NCBI GenBank assembly: GCA_950097015.1
Contig: CATNEN010000024.1
Location: 3,906,001-3,970,000, forward strand
Reading direction: 5' to 3'
DNA: 64,000 nt
Source: Macrostomum hystrix
Lineage: Eukaryota; Animalia; Platyhelminthes
Shown here: piece after piece, positions 1 through 14,269 of the stretch
Numbering within the stretch: the first letter of the stretch is position 1
Layout: each line of letters begins with the position of its first letter
The notes under the pieces: model-generated
The model's input: only the letters and a program-made list of their open reading frames with translations
What the model was told of the DNA's origin: nothing
Databases searched by the model: none
Made by a program: the position numbers and the translations under genes

Positions 1-329
1 GGGCATAGTTTTTTGTCCAAATCTTCTTTTTAGGCTGCCAACTGTCTATCCATCTATTCTATCTATTTGCAGGGGGGCCCGGGTTATTGTTGCACAAGCA
101 ACGGAGTGGCACACCCCCGGACCAGCAAACTAGGCTAGGCGCTTTTGTGCCTATCGGGCCACCTCCCCTCAGCAGGCACCACACACAGCAGCACAGACCA
201 GCCAGGGAGGGCAGGAATCACTCAGAATAGGCAGCAGTGTCCCCCACCCCAGCCCCACACGCACAGAGCAGACCAAGCCGGGGCGGAAGGCTGATAAGAA
301 ATCACTCATAAGAAACCAAGTGGGTTTAA

Positions 330-369
330 GGGGCAAGTGGGTTTCATAAGAATGAAACCCACTTGCCCC
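330..369. repeat. Perfect 18-bp inverted repeat (hairpin/cruciform) with a 4-nt loop
   Basis: GGGGCAAGTGGGTTTCAT (330-347) / AAGA / ATGAAACCCACTTGCCCC (352-369); 4 more pairs form after one mismatch. Confidence 0.9.
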
Positions 370-591
370 CTAAATATTGCCAACTGCTGTTTGCTAATTG
401 GAACTGATGGATTTCAGCAAAATTAGTTGTTTTTGTTGACTCTAGCAGTCTAGTTTCACCATCACTAGTGTAGCTTGCTAATTCTTTCAGATAGGCCTAT
501 ATTTGGGCAGCAGATGTGTGGTTTGCTGATTTTGTTATAGTGGTTTGGACACAGTTTTCTGTCTAAATCTTCATTAGCAAACAGCACTGAT

Positions 592-856
592 GTTGTTTGC
601 GAATTCTAGCAGTCTAGTTCCACTATTAAAGGTGCTTTTTGCTGATTCTGGACATCTAGTTCTACCATCACAGGTGCTTTTTGCTGATTCTGGCAGTCTA
701 GTTCCTCTATCACATGTGCTTTTTGCTGATTCTGGAAGTCTAATTCCACCATCACAGGCGCTTTTTGCTGATTCTGGCAGTCAAGTTTCACCATCACATG
801 TGCTTTTTGCTGATTCTGGAAGTCTAGTTCCACCATCACATGTGCTTTTTGCTGAT
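592..856. repeat. 42-bp minisatellite, ~6 copies
   Basis: Unit GTGCTTTTTGCTGATTCTGGCAGTCTAGTTCCACCATCACA(G/T); accounts for the 14-aa periodic ORFs at 590-862 and 606-839. Confidence 0.9.
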
Positions 857-2490
857 AGATAGTAAGATAGTAAATATGCTACCTAGACTAACTAAAGAAA
901 ATACTCAGAATAACTAAATACGCTATCAGACTAAATACGCTACCTTATAATAAATAGTCAGACCCCCGTATAATAAATAGGATTATTCTTCAATAGGTCC
1001 CCATGCCTCCATTGAAGTTAAAACCTTTTTATTATTCTTTAAACAGTCCAACCCAAAACACTTTAATCACTATGTCCCACTTAGTATGCTTTATTGCTGT
1101 ATGGTATTCCAAAAATAATTATACCCTACCAACAAAAGCCCTGTTTAGGAGCAAAATAGTTTCTCTTTTAACTCACAGTTAAAACTTTTTCTGACTTAGA
1201 TTTTTGTGAACTTACTAAAACTGATTCTATTATATTATATACGACTAAAGTTCGAGAAACCAGATTTCCCGAAGGACCACTAGAAAAAGAAACGTTCAAT
1301 TAAAGTGTCGTTAAAGCTTACGAACGCACACGAACAAATGAACAGTAAAAGCTTCTAAAAAAACAAATACAAATAAAAACTTTACATGATTATCTTAAAA
1401 TACAACGCCAAAAATCCTTTTTGATGATTTTCGTTTTACTGATTACAAAAAAAGGATAAGATTTTTAAATCGTAGTTTTTTATATTTTAGCAGGCCTGCT
1501 GTTCTGTTCTGCTATCTCAATTTTGTTCCGCTATCCTCTTTTGCATATTGTCTCGCGTTTTTCTTTGTTCTTTCTTTCCTTTACACATAATTGAAATCTA
1601 CTGAAATAAAAAATAGAGCCTCGTATCTTGCGATTATTGTTTTCTTTTTTTGTTCCTGTCTCGCACTTTTTCACTCGTCAGCTACAATAGGCTTTACACA
1701 GTCAAACGTACGTACTAGCCTATACTGTTCGTTTTTAGTTTTAGCATTAAAAAGCTAGCTATTTACAATACAATTGTACTTTTTGTCTTTTTTGATTAAT
1801 TGAGACTTTGTTTCTCAATCCCTTGTTCGGTTATAAAGCAAGTAGGGGGCCTAGTTCATCTTGCCTGCCAAAAGCCTAAAATAATTGTCTGTAATGTAGA
1901 TACATTATAAATATGTACTCATATACTTAACATACATATCTAGTACAAGTTATATTTGTATGTTTATTTAAGTATGTATGTATATAGTATATGTGTATGT
2001 GTATATATATATCTACAGATATTTTGGCCATGTGTATGTTTAGGGCTACTTAAAGTCACTAGGCCCTACATTGTCTACATTATATACCCTTTTGTAATTG
2101 AATCTAAAGAAAGTATTGATATAAACAATGCAATATTCATTTTAAAATATATAGATATTGACTAAGACAGAAAAATGTGTATTATGTCTTTTGTTAACAG
2201 TTGCTAAATAACCTGTCAAACAATTGAAATGATTAGTACTTGACAAACTCTATAGTCTAATTATAAGTTTTCTAGTTCAATAGCTAAAGTATATTAATGT
2301 AGTGTAACAATAATCAGTAAATATAAAATGTCATTGTGAGGAAATTAAAGTTTATTTTCAAGTTTTTTTATAAAAAATAACTTTTGTAGAACATTTTATG
2401 TTTATTTTAATCGGCTGTTGACAAGTAATTAAATCTTATTTTTTTGCAGCAAAGCTGGCTTGGTCATCACATTCCTACGGCACGTCCAGC

Positions 2491-4762
<2,272 letters not shown>

Positions 4763-5789
4763 ATTTGAAGTTTGACTACGCTGCGAGAGGCCTTGTGTGT
4801 TTGTCGCCGCACTAAAGCACAGCTTGTAGTCTAGTCCCCACGTTAGGTAACCGCTCCCCATTCAGCTGTTCAGTCCGTGAACTGAAAGCCGCCATATCCA
4901 CCATTCTTGTGTCGAAATTCGAACTCCTGACCTTTTCGGTTATCACTCAGCATAAATTAAAAGTTAATAGTTAAATAAATATTAATCCAATCTAGTTGTG
5001 TCCAAATTTATTATTGAGTCCATATTCAATACATTAACTCTGAATAATTGTTCATAAATAAGTAACTGTGCCGTTTGAGATGAAGTTGTTTAAAAATAAA
5101 ACTTAAACTTGATCGCAGCTCTTTGTGCACATAAATTTGTTCTAACACTCGCTTGTCGCTCGGGACGTTAAAGAATCTCCTGTTCGGGAAGTTTTTGATG
5201 CTTGCATACTTTTTTAACCTTTTTAATCAGTTCTAGCCTTAGTATTTCGCTTCGCTGTTCCGTGTAAATTGGAGTCCCTTCTCCTTAGTTACTCTGTTTT
5301 GTAACTTATTTTATTCCTCACAGTTCTGAACTATTCATCGTGTATTTAATTCGCAGTTTTTTTGTTGTGTTCAGTTTTTTTAGAAACGAGCTTCGTTGTT
5401 TTTCTACATTTATTTGTGTCAGTTTTTTATTTGGTCACTACTAAACTAGTGTGATGGCAACTTGCATCATAGGCCACCTTACTGTTAAAATGCTGTTTAA
5501 TGAAAAAAGCGTACATTTTCAGTAGTCGATTGCATGCACTGATGTGTTTTAGCCTTTTTGTGTCTGTTCGGATCCTTTTTCTATTCCTTAACTCAATTGT
5601 TTTCGGAGCTGCTGATACTACTCATTGTGCGGCAAGTAGCGCATACGATTTGTTATCTTGATAAATAAATACATAAGCATACACGAATTGGCAGATTTCG
5701 ATGTGTGCGCGAACTTGAATACGCGTTGTAAACTGTATTATAAACTTTGCACTTTCAACGTGTTCATTTATATGATTTGAGTAAATGGT

Positions 5790-7585
5790 GAGTTACAAGG
5801 TCTGGTTTGCGGTTAGTTGTGAGTCCTGGTTTATGGTTTCTTTGCGAATCCTGGTTTGTTGTTAGTTGTAAGTTCTGGTTTGTGGTTAGTTGTGAGTCCT
5901 GGTTTGCGGTTAGTTGTAAGTTCTGGTTTGTGGTTTCTTTGCAAATCCTGGTTTGTTGTTAGTTGTAAGTTCTGGTTTGTGGTTAGTTGTAAGTTCTGGT
6001 TTGTGGTTTCTTTGCAAATCCTGGTTTGTTGTTAGTTGTAAGTTCTGGTTTGTTGTTAGTTGTAAGTTCTGGTTTGTGGTTAGTTGTAAGTTCTGGTTTG
6101 CGGTTAGTTGTGAGTCCTGGTTTGTGGTTAGTTGTGAGTCCTGGTTTGTGGTTAGTTGTGAGTCCTGGTTTGTGGTTAGTTGTGAGTCCTGGTTTGTGGT
6201 TAGTTGTAAGTTCTGGTTTGCGGTTAGTTGTGAGTCCTGGTTTATGGTTAGTTGTGAGTCCTGGTTTGTGGTTAGTTGTGAGTCCTGGTTTGTGGTTAGT
6301 TGTGAGTCCTGGTTTGTGGTTAGTTGTAAGTTCTGGTTTGCAGTTAGTTGTGAGTCCTGGTTTATGGTTAGTTGTGAGTCCTGGTTTGTGGTTAGTTGTG
6401 AGTCCTGGTTTGTGGTTAGTTGTGAGTCCTGGTTTGTGGTTAGTTGTAAGTTCTGGTTTGTGGTTAGTTGTGAGTCCTGGTTTGTGGTTAGTTGTGAGTC
6501 CTGGTTTGTGGTTAGTTGTGAGTCCTGGTTTGTGGTTAGTTGTGAGTCCTGGTTTATGGTTAGTTGTGAGTCCTGGTTTGTGGTTAGTTGTGAGTCCTGG
6601 TTTATGGTTAGTTGTGAATCCTGGTTTGTGGTTAGTTGTGAGTCCTGGTTTATGGTTTGTTGTGAATCCTGGTTTGTGGTTAGTTGTGAGTCCTGGTTTG
6701 TGGTTAGTTGTAAGTTCTGGTTTGTGGTTAGTTGTGAGTGCTGGTTTGTGGTTAGTTGTGAGTCCTGGTTTGTGGTTAGTTGTGAGTCCTGGTTTGCAGT
6801 TAGTTGTGAGTCCTGGTTTGTGGTTAGTTGTGAGTCCTGGTTTGTGGTTAGTTGTGAGTCCTGGTTTGTGGTTAGTTGTGAGTCCTGGTTTGTGGTTAGT
6901 TGTGAGTCCTGGTTTGTGGTTAGTTGTTAGTCCTGGTTTGTGGTTAGTTGTGAGTCCTGGTTTGTGGTTAGTTGTGAGTCCTGGTTTGTGGTTAGTTGTG
7001 AGTCCTGGTTTATGGTTAGTTGTGAGTCCTGGTTTGTGGTTAGTTGTGAGTCCTGGTTTATGGTTAGTTGTGAATCCTGGTTTGTGGTTAGTTGTGAGTC
7101 CTGGTTTATGGTTTGTTGTGAATCCTGGTTTGTGGTTAGTTGTGAGTCCTGGTTTGTGGTTAGTTGTAAGTTCTGGTTTGTGGTTAGTTGTGAGTGCTGG
7201 TTTGTGGTTAGTTGTGAGTCCTGGTTTGTGGTTAGTTGTGAGTCCTGGTTTGCAGTTAGTTGTGAGTCCTGGTTTGTGGTTAGTTGTGAGTCCTGGTTTG
7301 TGGTTAGTTGTGAGTCCTGGTTTGTGGTTAGTTGTGAGTCCTGGTTTGTGGTTAGTTGTGAGTCCTGGTTTGTGGTTAGTTGTTAGTCCTGGTTTGTGGT
7401 TAGTTGTGAGTCCTGGTTTATGGTTAGTTGTGAGTCCTGGTTTGTGGTTAGTTGTGAGTCCTGGTTTGTGGTTAGTTGTGAGTCCTGGTTTGTGGTTAGT
7501 TGTGAGTCCTGGTTTGTGGTTAGTTGTGAGTCCTGGTTTGTGGTTAGTTGTGAGTCCTGGTTTGTGGTTAGTTGTGAGTCCTGAT
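5790..7585. repeat. 24-bp minisatellite, ~75 copies, with an internal 456-bp higher-order duplication
   Basis: Unit TGTGAGTCCTGGTTTGTGGTTAGT; diagnostic variants recur 456 bp apart (6651/7107, 6736/7192, 6927/7383). Confidence 0.97.
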
Positions 7586-8689
7586 TGGTCGTAAGTTGAG
7601 TCCTGATTCTTAAAAGATAGTTTTTTCATGCATATACTGTAATTGAAGTTTAAAGTAGGAAAGTTGATAGATATAGTTTACTTTTTATAGAAATGAAAAG
7701 TCGGTTTGTGTAAACAAAATTAGCACAGCGGCTGTATTGTGGCCCATTAATCCTAGTGTAATTTGCTGTGTCAAGTTGAATGTGATGCATATTCTACGTT
7801 TTAGTGATAGACTAAGTGACTCGACAGTTAATGAGCAATGGAACTATGTTTTGCTTTAAATTAAACTGATGTTATAGCGATAATATTTCACATGAAAGAG
7901 TGAGTTTCCAGTGACCTTGAGTGCAAAAAATGTCTGTCATTGATGTATGATGAGTTTCAGTCTGAACAAAGGGTCCAATGAGAGAAAAATAAACACAGAA
8001 ATCATAATCTAACTCTAAAAGGTTGCCAAATACACAAAAACTCGTAGCATTTCAAGAAAATATAAAATCCAGGCAGTACGTTTGAGCATTTAGTATGAAA
8101 GTTATAGTTTTTACCTTACACGTGTACAAAGCGTTTGAGTTGTGTGACTTAACGAGGGAATTTACATAGGTATTGAAGTTGCAAAACTCCTTGCCAAAGG
8201 CGGCTTTAAAATTGCGACAGTAAGCTCGGCAAGTTTATATATACGAGCTATTTTTGACTGATTTTCTCAAACACCCACCATCAAAATATACCTGGTGACT
8301 TCACGTAAATGCTTAACATGAACCTAGTTTATAGACGTGCAGTTCATACTGCTTTACACTAAAACAACCTACAAGCTTAACACCTCATGGAAGATACGAC
8401 TAAACTTTTGCCATTTGAACTTAGAAGTTCAAGAAGATTAGAAGACTTAGAAGATTTAGAAGACTTAGTGGCCAAAATCTACTAAGTGGCCTAAAATTTC
8501 AACTGGCCAAATCTACACCCCAAAGCTTGATATGTGAGATGGGAGAATTTCTCAGCCCGTGTTCTAGAATTTTGCACCGTTCTATAGCAAAAATCTTCTG
8601 GGAATGGGAAATCCCTCCTTGATACTTCTACAGTTAAAAAACAGGTGCTCAACCTAGTTGAAAGCCTTAGTCCAAGAAGCCTTGAACAC

Positions 8690-11600
8690 TCAGAACAGCT
8701 GCACCCGGCTATTGTCCCGGTCAGTGACAGCCAGCCGTCCGTCAGGCAGAATCGCCACACCTTCGGCGCCCTTGAAGCAGCCAGGCCGACGGCCGGTGGC
8801 GCCCCAGTGGCAGAGGAAGGCGCCGTCACGGCGGTACACCTGCAGGCGGCTGTTGCCGGCGTCCACAACAATGAGCCGGCCGGCCTGGTCGCAGGAGAGG
8901 CCGCGCGGATGCCGCATCTGTCCGGCGCCGGAGCCTTCAACGCCGAATTTGAAACGAAATCCGCCGCCATCCGCTTCGAACGCCTAATGTTGAATGTTTA
9001 AAAATTGTTTAATTTAATAAAATAGCCAGATGACAAGGTGGCGGGCGCTTCTGTTCCGTGACCATTCTTGAAAAACCGACCGGAAACTGTTGTCTACAGC
9101 TCTCAGTGCCAGCGTTGGTGCATCACCATTGTGCCCCAATCTTAACTGTACTTGTCAATTCTGACCGCCGCTCTCATTCTGCCCCGAGATGATAGCCCCC
9201 CATTATAACCCAGGTGACCGCTCCCATTGTACCCCGAGTGACCGCTCCCATTGTACCCCGAGTGACCGCTCCCATTGTACCCCGAGTGACCGCTCCCATT
9301 GTACCCCGAGTGACCGCTCCCATTGTACCCCGAGTGACCGCTCCCATTGTACCCCGAGTGACCGCTCCCATTGTACCCCGAGTGACCGCTCCCATTGTAC
9401 CCCGAGTGACCGCTCCCATTGTACCCCGAGTGACCGCTCCCATTGTACCTCAAGTGACCGCTCCCATTGTACCCCGAGTGACCGGTCCCGAGTTTTCACC
9501 CCCCTTGCGAACCTGAATCCGATTATTATTGCTATCTGACACCAGCACCAGCGCCGCAGCCCCGTCCTGACGGACGCAGACGAAGTGCGGATTGTCCAGC
9601 TGTCCGTCCGACCTGCCGTGCTCACCGAAGCTGGCCAGGAACTGACCGTCCAAATCGAAGGCCTGCACTCGGTGATTTTTCTTGTCGGCCACGTAGAGCC
9701 GGCTGGCGTGAACTGCCGCGCCCCAGGGATAGCGGAACTGGCCCGGCTCCGAGCCCTCGGAGCCGAACTCGCGTAGGAAGCCCCCCTGAATGGCGGGCAG
9801 GGAGCATTATCAGTTCGCAGTAATCATTGAAAACTGTTCGAGCGCATTAGTAGCGATAGGAGGTTTGATTATCGCCAAATTAATCCGATACAATAGCTAC
9901 GGTTGGACTCACGACTTGAGGGCCGGGGGTTCGATTCCCGACTCCACTGGAGCAAGCAAGACAATTAACACTCGGCATCGTTTAGTTCACCCACCCTCCC
10001 TAAATCCATGGACTGTACAGCCGAACACAGCCTTCAGATGCGCCATGCAATAGCTGCGGCTGTGCTGTAAGCTACACATCTGGCCCTATTGGGGTTATTA
10101 TTGATTAATGCAGTAGTAGCAAGTCAGCAATCAAGTATTATAAAATAAAATCGAGCTGGGCTTGACGCCGCAGCTTTTGCGATTCACTGTCTACTAAATA
10201 GCAGTCGCAGTCACCTGACTCAGCCTCACCTGATAATCAAACACCAGCACCTTGTGATTGTAGCGATCCGTGGCGAACACGCGACGCGTCGCGGCGTCCA
10301 CAGCCACCCCTGTGACGCACTCAAATTCGCCGTGCCCCGAGCCGCGCCGGCCGAATGCCTGCCTCGGCTGGCCAGTTGGCGAGAAGGCCTGCAGTCGGTG
10401 ATTGTTGGAGTCGGCCACAAACAATGTGCCGGTCTGCGGGCAGGCCGCGATGCCGCGCGGTGCGCTAAGCTGGCCCAGCTCACCGCCCGGACCTCGGCCG
10501 AAGACGCCGCAAGGGGCGCTGCGAGCCAGGTAGGCGGCGTCCTCGCCAGCAGACACCGACAGATCTGACGGGTCGCCGTCGCCATCAAGGGTTACCTATC
10601 GATCACCCGATTTACGTTATTTAATTTAGCACTCAAAATGTAGAAAATTTTCACTAAATTTCAAACGCACCTGAAATGCGACCGGTCGATTAGAACGTGA
10701 CAAGACGAAGGTTCCGGATCTTTGCACAGGCGAAGGTAGCTGCTGCTGCTGCTGACCGTCTGCAATAGTCGGCGAATCTTCATTTCGGTGTTGCTGCTGT
10801 TGTTCTTGTCTGCGGATTGCTGCATTGGCGGCACGTCTAGATGCATCAACTCTACTGCCACCACCAACGCCTGCGCCGCCGCTGCCTCCACCGCCGCCAC
10901 TGCCTCCTCCGCCGCCACTGCCTCCTCCGCCGACACTGCCTCCTCCACCGCCACTGCCTCCTCCACCACCGCCGCCGCCCCCGTTGGGAGCTGCGTCGGA
11001 GCTCAGTCGGGGAGGTCGCCGATTACCGCGGAAGGCCGGATTAGCGAAGCTTATAAAGGCGCCGCCGCCATTTCGCGAGTCCTCAGACGGACGACGAGGT
11101 TCGAGACGATGATATACCTGCTGCTGCTGCTGTTGTTGGCTGGCCCCTCGCTGTGGATTCAACGGTGTCCGATAGTTGTTGGCCACCACCAGTTCTGGCG
11201 GGTAGGCGCCTCCAGCCAAGGACGACTGTCGACCCGACGAAGACGATTGGCGGCCCATCGCGGCGATTGCCCGGCTTACTGGATCAATGTTGACAACTAG
11301 CTCAGCTGCCGGGAGTCCAACATCCGAGGCGACGTCCGACCAATCGGCGACAGCGGCGCCAGCGAGTCGACGCGCCGCCTCTTCGCATGCATCAAGGCGG
11401 CGTCGAAGCTCTTCGGCTGGCGCGCCAGGCGGCGGCAGCGACTCGTAGCAGCTGCTGACGCTGGCGGCCTCAACCTCCAACGAGTCTAGTGCCGAGTAGA
11501 TTCGCTCGAGCTGGCCCGCCGAAGCGGCTGCGATTTCAGCCAGCAGCTGGGCTCGCCGCTCCGCCAGCTGTTCGGCCAGCGTGTCAACAGCGGCCGCCAG

Positions 11601-12056
11601 CCTCGCGCTCTGTCTGGCTGCCGAGGCTTCAATATCGGCCGCTACGGAACGCAGTCGGGCTGCCTCAGAAAGCAAGGCGGGCACTGCGGCGCTCAGCCTG
11701 CCAGCTGAGGCGTCCAAACGTCGGCGCAGGTCAGCCTCGCTGGATCCTGCAGAATCGACAGCCGATGCAGATGACGCGTCTGCGGCCTCCCGACGCTGCG
11801 AAGGCGGCATACGCTGCTGTTGCTGAACGCCCAGCAGAGCGGTGACTGTCAGATTGCGCGGCAGATTCTCCGGACCCCTGGCAGCCCTGCTGAGCTCGCG
11901 GCACAGCGGACAGCGGATGGTTCTCGCCGACTCGTCGTAGATATTCACTAAGCAGGGCTGCAGGCAGAAGGTGTGCTGGCAGGGCAGGAGCCGGGGATCG
12001 GTGAAGCGGCTGAGGCACACCGGGCAGGTGAGGACGTCCTCCACTGTGGTGCCCAT
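8690..12056 (-). CDS. RING-coiled-coil-NHL (TRIM-NHL-like, thin/Abba/NHL-1-type) E3 ligase, ~772 aa; exons 12056-10671, 10595-10230, 9785-9513, 8983-8690
   Basis: C3HC4 RING CPVC..LPCQHTFCLQPC..CPLC; Ala/Glu/Leu helical region; six NHL repeats (e.g. LSAPRGIAAC..LFVADSNNHRLQAF, FRYPWGAAVH..YVADKKNHRVQAF, MRHPRGLSCD..VVDAGNSRLQVY); three phase-0 GT-AG introns all join in frame. Confidence 0.9.
9213..9485. repeat. 24-bp minisatellite, ~11 copies, in TRIM-NHL intron 3
   Basis: Unit GTGACCGCTCCCATTGTACCCCGA; starts ~30 nt into the intron from the donor at 9512. Confidence 0.95.
9890..10110 (+). mobile_element. tRNA-derived SINE family A, near full-length copy in TRIM-NHL intron 2
   Basis: B-box GGTTCGATTCC at 9928-9938; shared 3' domain CCATGGACTG..CAGCC..CAGATG..CATCTGGCCC..TTGGGG; (TTA)n-like tail. 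Confidence 0.8.
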
Positions 12057-12729
12057 GCGAGCCGGTTTGCTGCATACAGCTATAGGCTATCGGCAGTTGA
12101 GCTGGATCTACTTTCCCATTTATTGTTTGCGCATCTGTGTAGTCTGCTGGCTATAGCAGCCCCAGCTGATGAAGTTGTTTTTGCCTAATGAAAACTTTCT
12201 CATTCCCATTGCAGGTGGATCTCAATTGGAAGACTATTTTAGACTCTCGGTCAACAGCTATAAGCGACTAGTGTACATAGAGGCATGGGGCGCTCACTCT
12301 GTGCTTGCGTGTGTACAGGACTGAGCTGTGTCTAGCTTTCCTGCCCCCCGGCCTATACCCGTGGACTGCAGCAGTCGCTCACTATACGCATATAGACACT
12401 TAGACAACCCCATGGATACTGAGCGAAACCATTGTACGTTTCGCGTCATTGGCAACCCGCTGGGGTGAATTTGTGAGCAGCACGAGTTGGGGCTGTTCTG
12501 CTTTGGTACTATCTGTCTTGGAGACGCACTATCTATTATTTTACAGTTTAGAAACTCCTAAACGGCCCTAAAACAGTCCTAAAACAATCCTAGATTTCGG
12601 ATGCTGAATGAGAGAAAATGTAGAGTAGCCAAGTTCGAACTGTAAGAGCAAAAAGGATAATTAGCTACAAGAACATCTTTCTTCAGAAAATTTGCCACAC
12701 ATTTTTCCTGAATGGGCAAGACAATTTGG

Positions 12730-13424
12730 ACACTCGGGTGTCCGTTTACAAACTCGGGTGTCAGTTTAGGTACTAGGGTGTCAGTTTAGACACTCGGGTG
12801 TCAGTTTGTGCACCCGGTTGTCAATTTAGGCACTCGGGTGTCAGTTCAGTTACTAGGGTGTCATTTTGTGCACTCGGGTGTCAGTTTAGGCACTTGGGTG
12901 TCCGTTTAGAAACTCGGGTGTCCGTTTAGAAACTCGGGTGTCCGTTTAGGCACTAGGGTGTCAGTTTAGGTACTCGGGTGTCAGTTTAGGCACTCGGGTG
13001 TAAGTTTAAACACTAGGGTGTCAGTTTAGATACTAGGGTGTCAGTTTAGGTACTCGGGTGTCAGTTTAGACACTAGGGTGTCAGTTTAGGTACTCGGGTG
13101 TCAGTTTAGGCACTCGGGTGTAAGTTTAAACACTAGGGAGTCAGTTTAGATACTCGGGTGTCCGTTTACAAACTCGGGTGTCAGTTCAGTTACTAGGGTA
13201 TCATTTTGTGCACTCGGGTGTCAGTTTAGGCACTAGGGTGTCAGTTTAGATACTAGGGTGTCAGTTTAGATACTAGGGTGTCAGTTTAGATACTAGGGTG
13301 TCAGTTTAGGTACTCGGGTGTCAGGTTAGACACTCTGGTGTCAGGTTAGACACTCTGGTGTCAGGTTAGACACTCTGGTGTCAGGTTAGACACTCTGGTG
13401 TCAGGTTAGACACTCTGGTGTCAG
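12730..13424. repeat. 20-bp minisatellite, ~35 copies
   Basis: Unit CACTCGGGTGTCAGTTTAGG with variants; a variant block repeats at 12841 and 13181. Confidence 0.95.
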
Positions 13425-14269
13425 TGGAGGCAGATCAGCCATGGGCTACAATAATCGGTGACCTATTACAAAGTCCGACTTTCAAAATCTTCAGCCAAGG
13501 GATCACAAATAACGGTACCTTTTGCAGTCAGATTCCTAGACATGTTTCGCATAAATCACCCATTTCCGTCCCACTTTTAAATCAGTTCATCACCTGACTG
13601 GATGGATTTTGACAACAAATAAACTAGACAAACACATTCGAAAGCTTCCAAATTAAGCCGACTTTGGCGACCAGTAGAACACATTAAGTAAGAACATTGG
13701 AACACTCAACAGCAAGGCTAATGCAGTACATATTTTATTTTAATATCAACGTTCAAAACCTACATACAAATAAAACAATAAACTAAAAAAGATGTTGCAG
13801 GAAAAGATACAAGTAATTATTATATGTTTCTAAATGTGATTTTGCATAACAAATTAAAGTAACACGGTTAACTGAACACAGGTTAAAGAGGATATAGATG
13901 AAATACTAGTAGTTAGCTGACTTTGACGCACGTGTGAGTCTACATATTAATAGTACAGTGAAACGAGCGAGTGTACGAAAGGTTGAAAACACTAGGCAGC
14001 CGTGTTAACAAAGCTATTAACGCGTACGTGAGTGCAAGCAATTAAGAAAGACTTGAGCAACATAGTGTGTTGCGTGTAATTCATTCATAAAATTAGAGAT
14101 AGAGATTATTATTTCGAGGCGCAATGAGATAAAATATGATTCTACAATGGGGAACAACTGCTGGAGTGGAAACTGACACAAAAGTTCATGCTCTCTACAA
14201 AATTATGGCGAATCGAAGTTTTCCATTTACAGGACTAGCCAAATGTTGTGCTGCTGAAAGAGGGAGGAA

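Noticed and set aside
60-160. GC-rich multi-stem region as a ribozyme
   Set aside because: A branched fold is possible on the minus strand, but no hammerhead, twister or HDV core motifs are present
5953-7629. Long ORFs (325, 522 and 548 aa) with 8-aa periodicity
   Set aside because: They arise from a 24-bp unit lacking stop codons in several frames; no unique coding flanks or supporting splice sites
10005-10095. SINE A pseudoknot as an HDV-like ribozyme
   Set aside because: Lacks the L3 CC / P1.1 GG pairing and the J4/2 catalytic C context on either strand; kept only as a structured-domain finding
5790-13424. Tandem arrays considered as CRISPR arrays
   Set aside because: Units are head-to-tail with no unique spacers, there are no cas genes, and the context is eukaryotic
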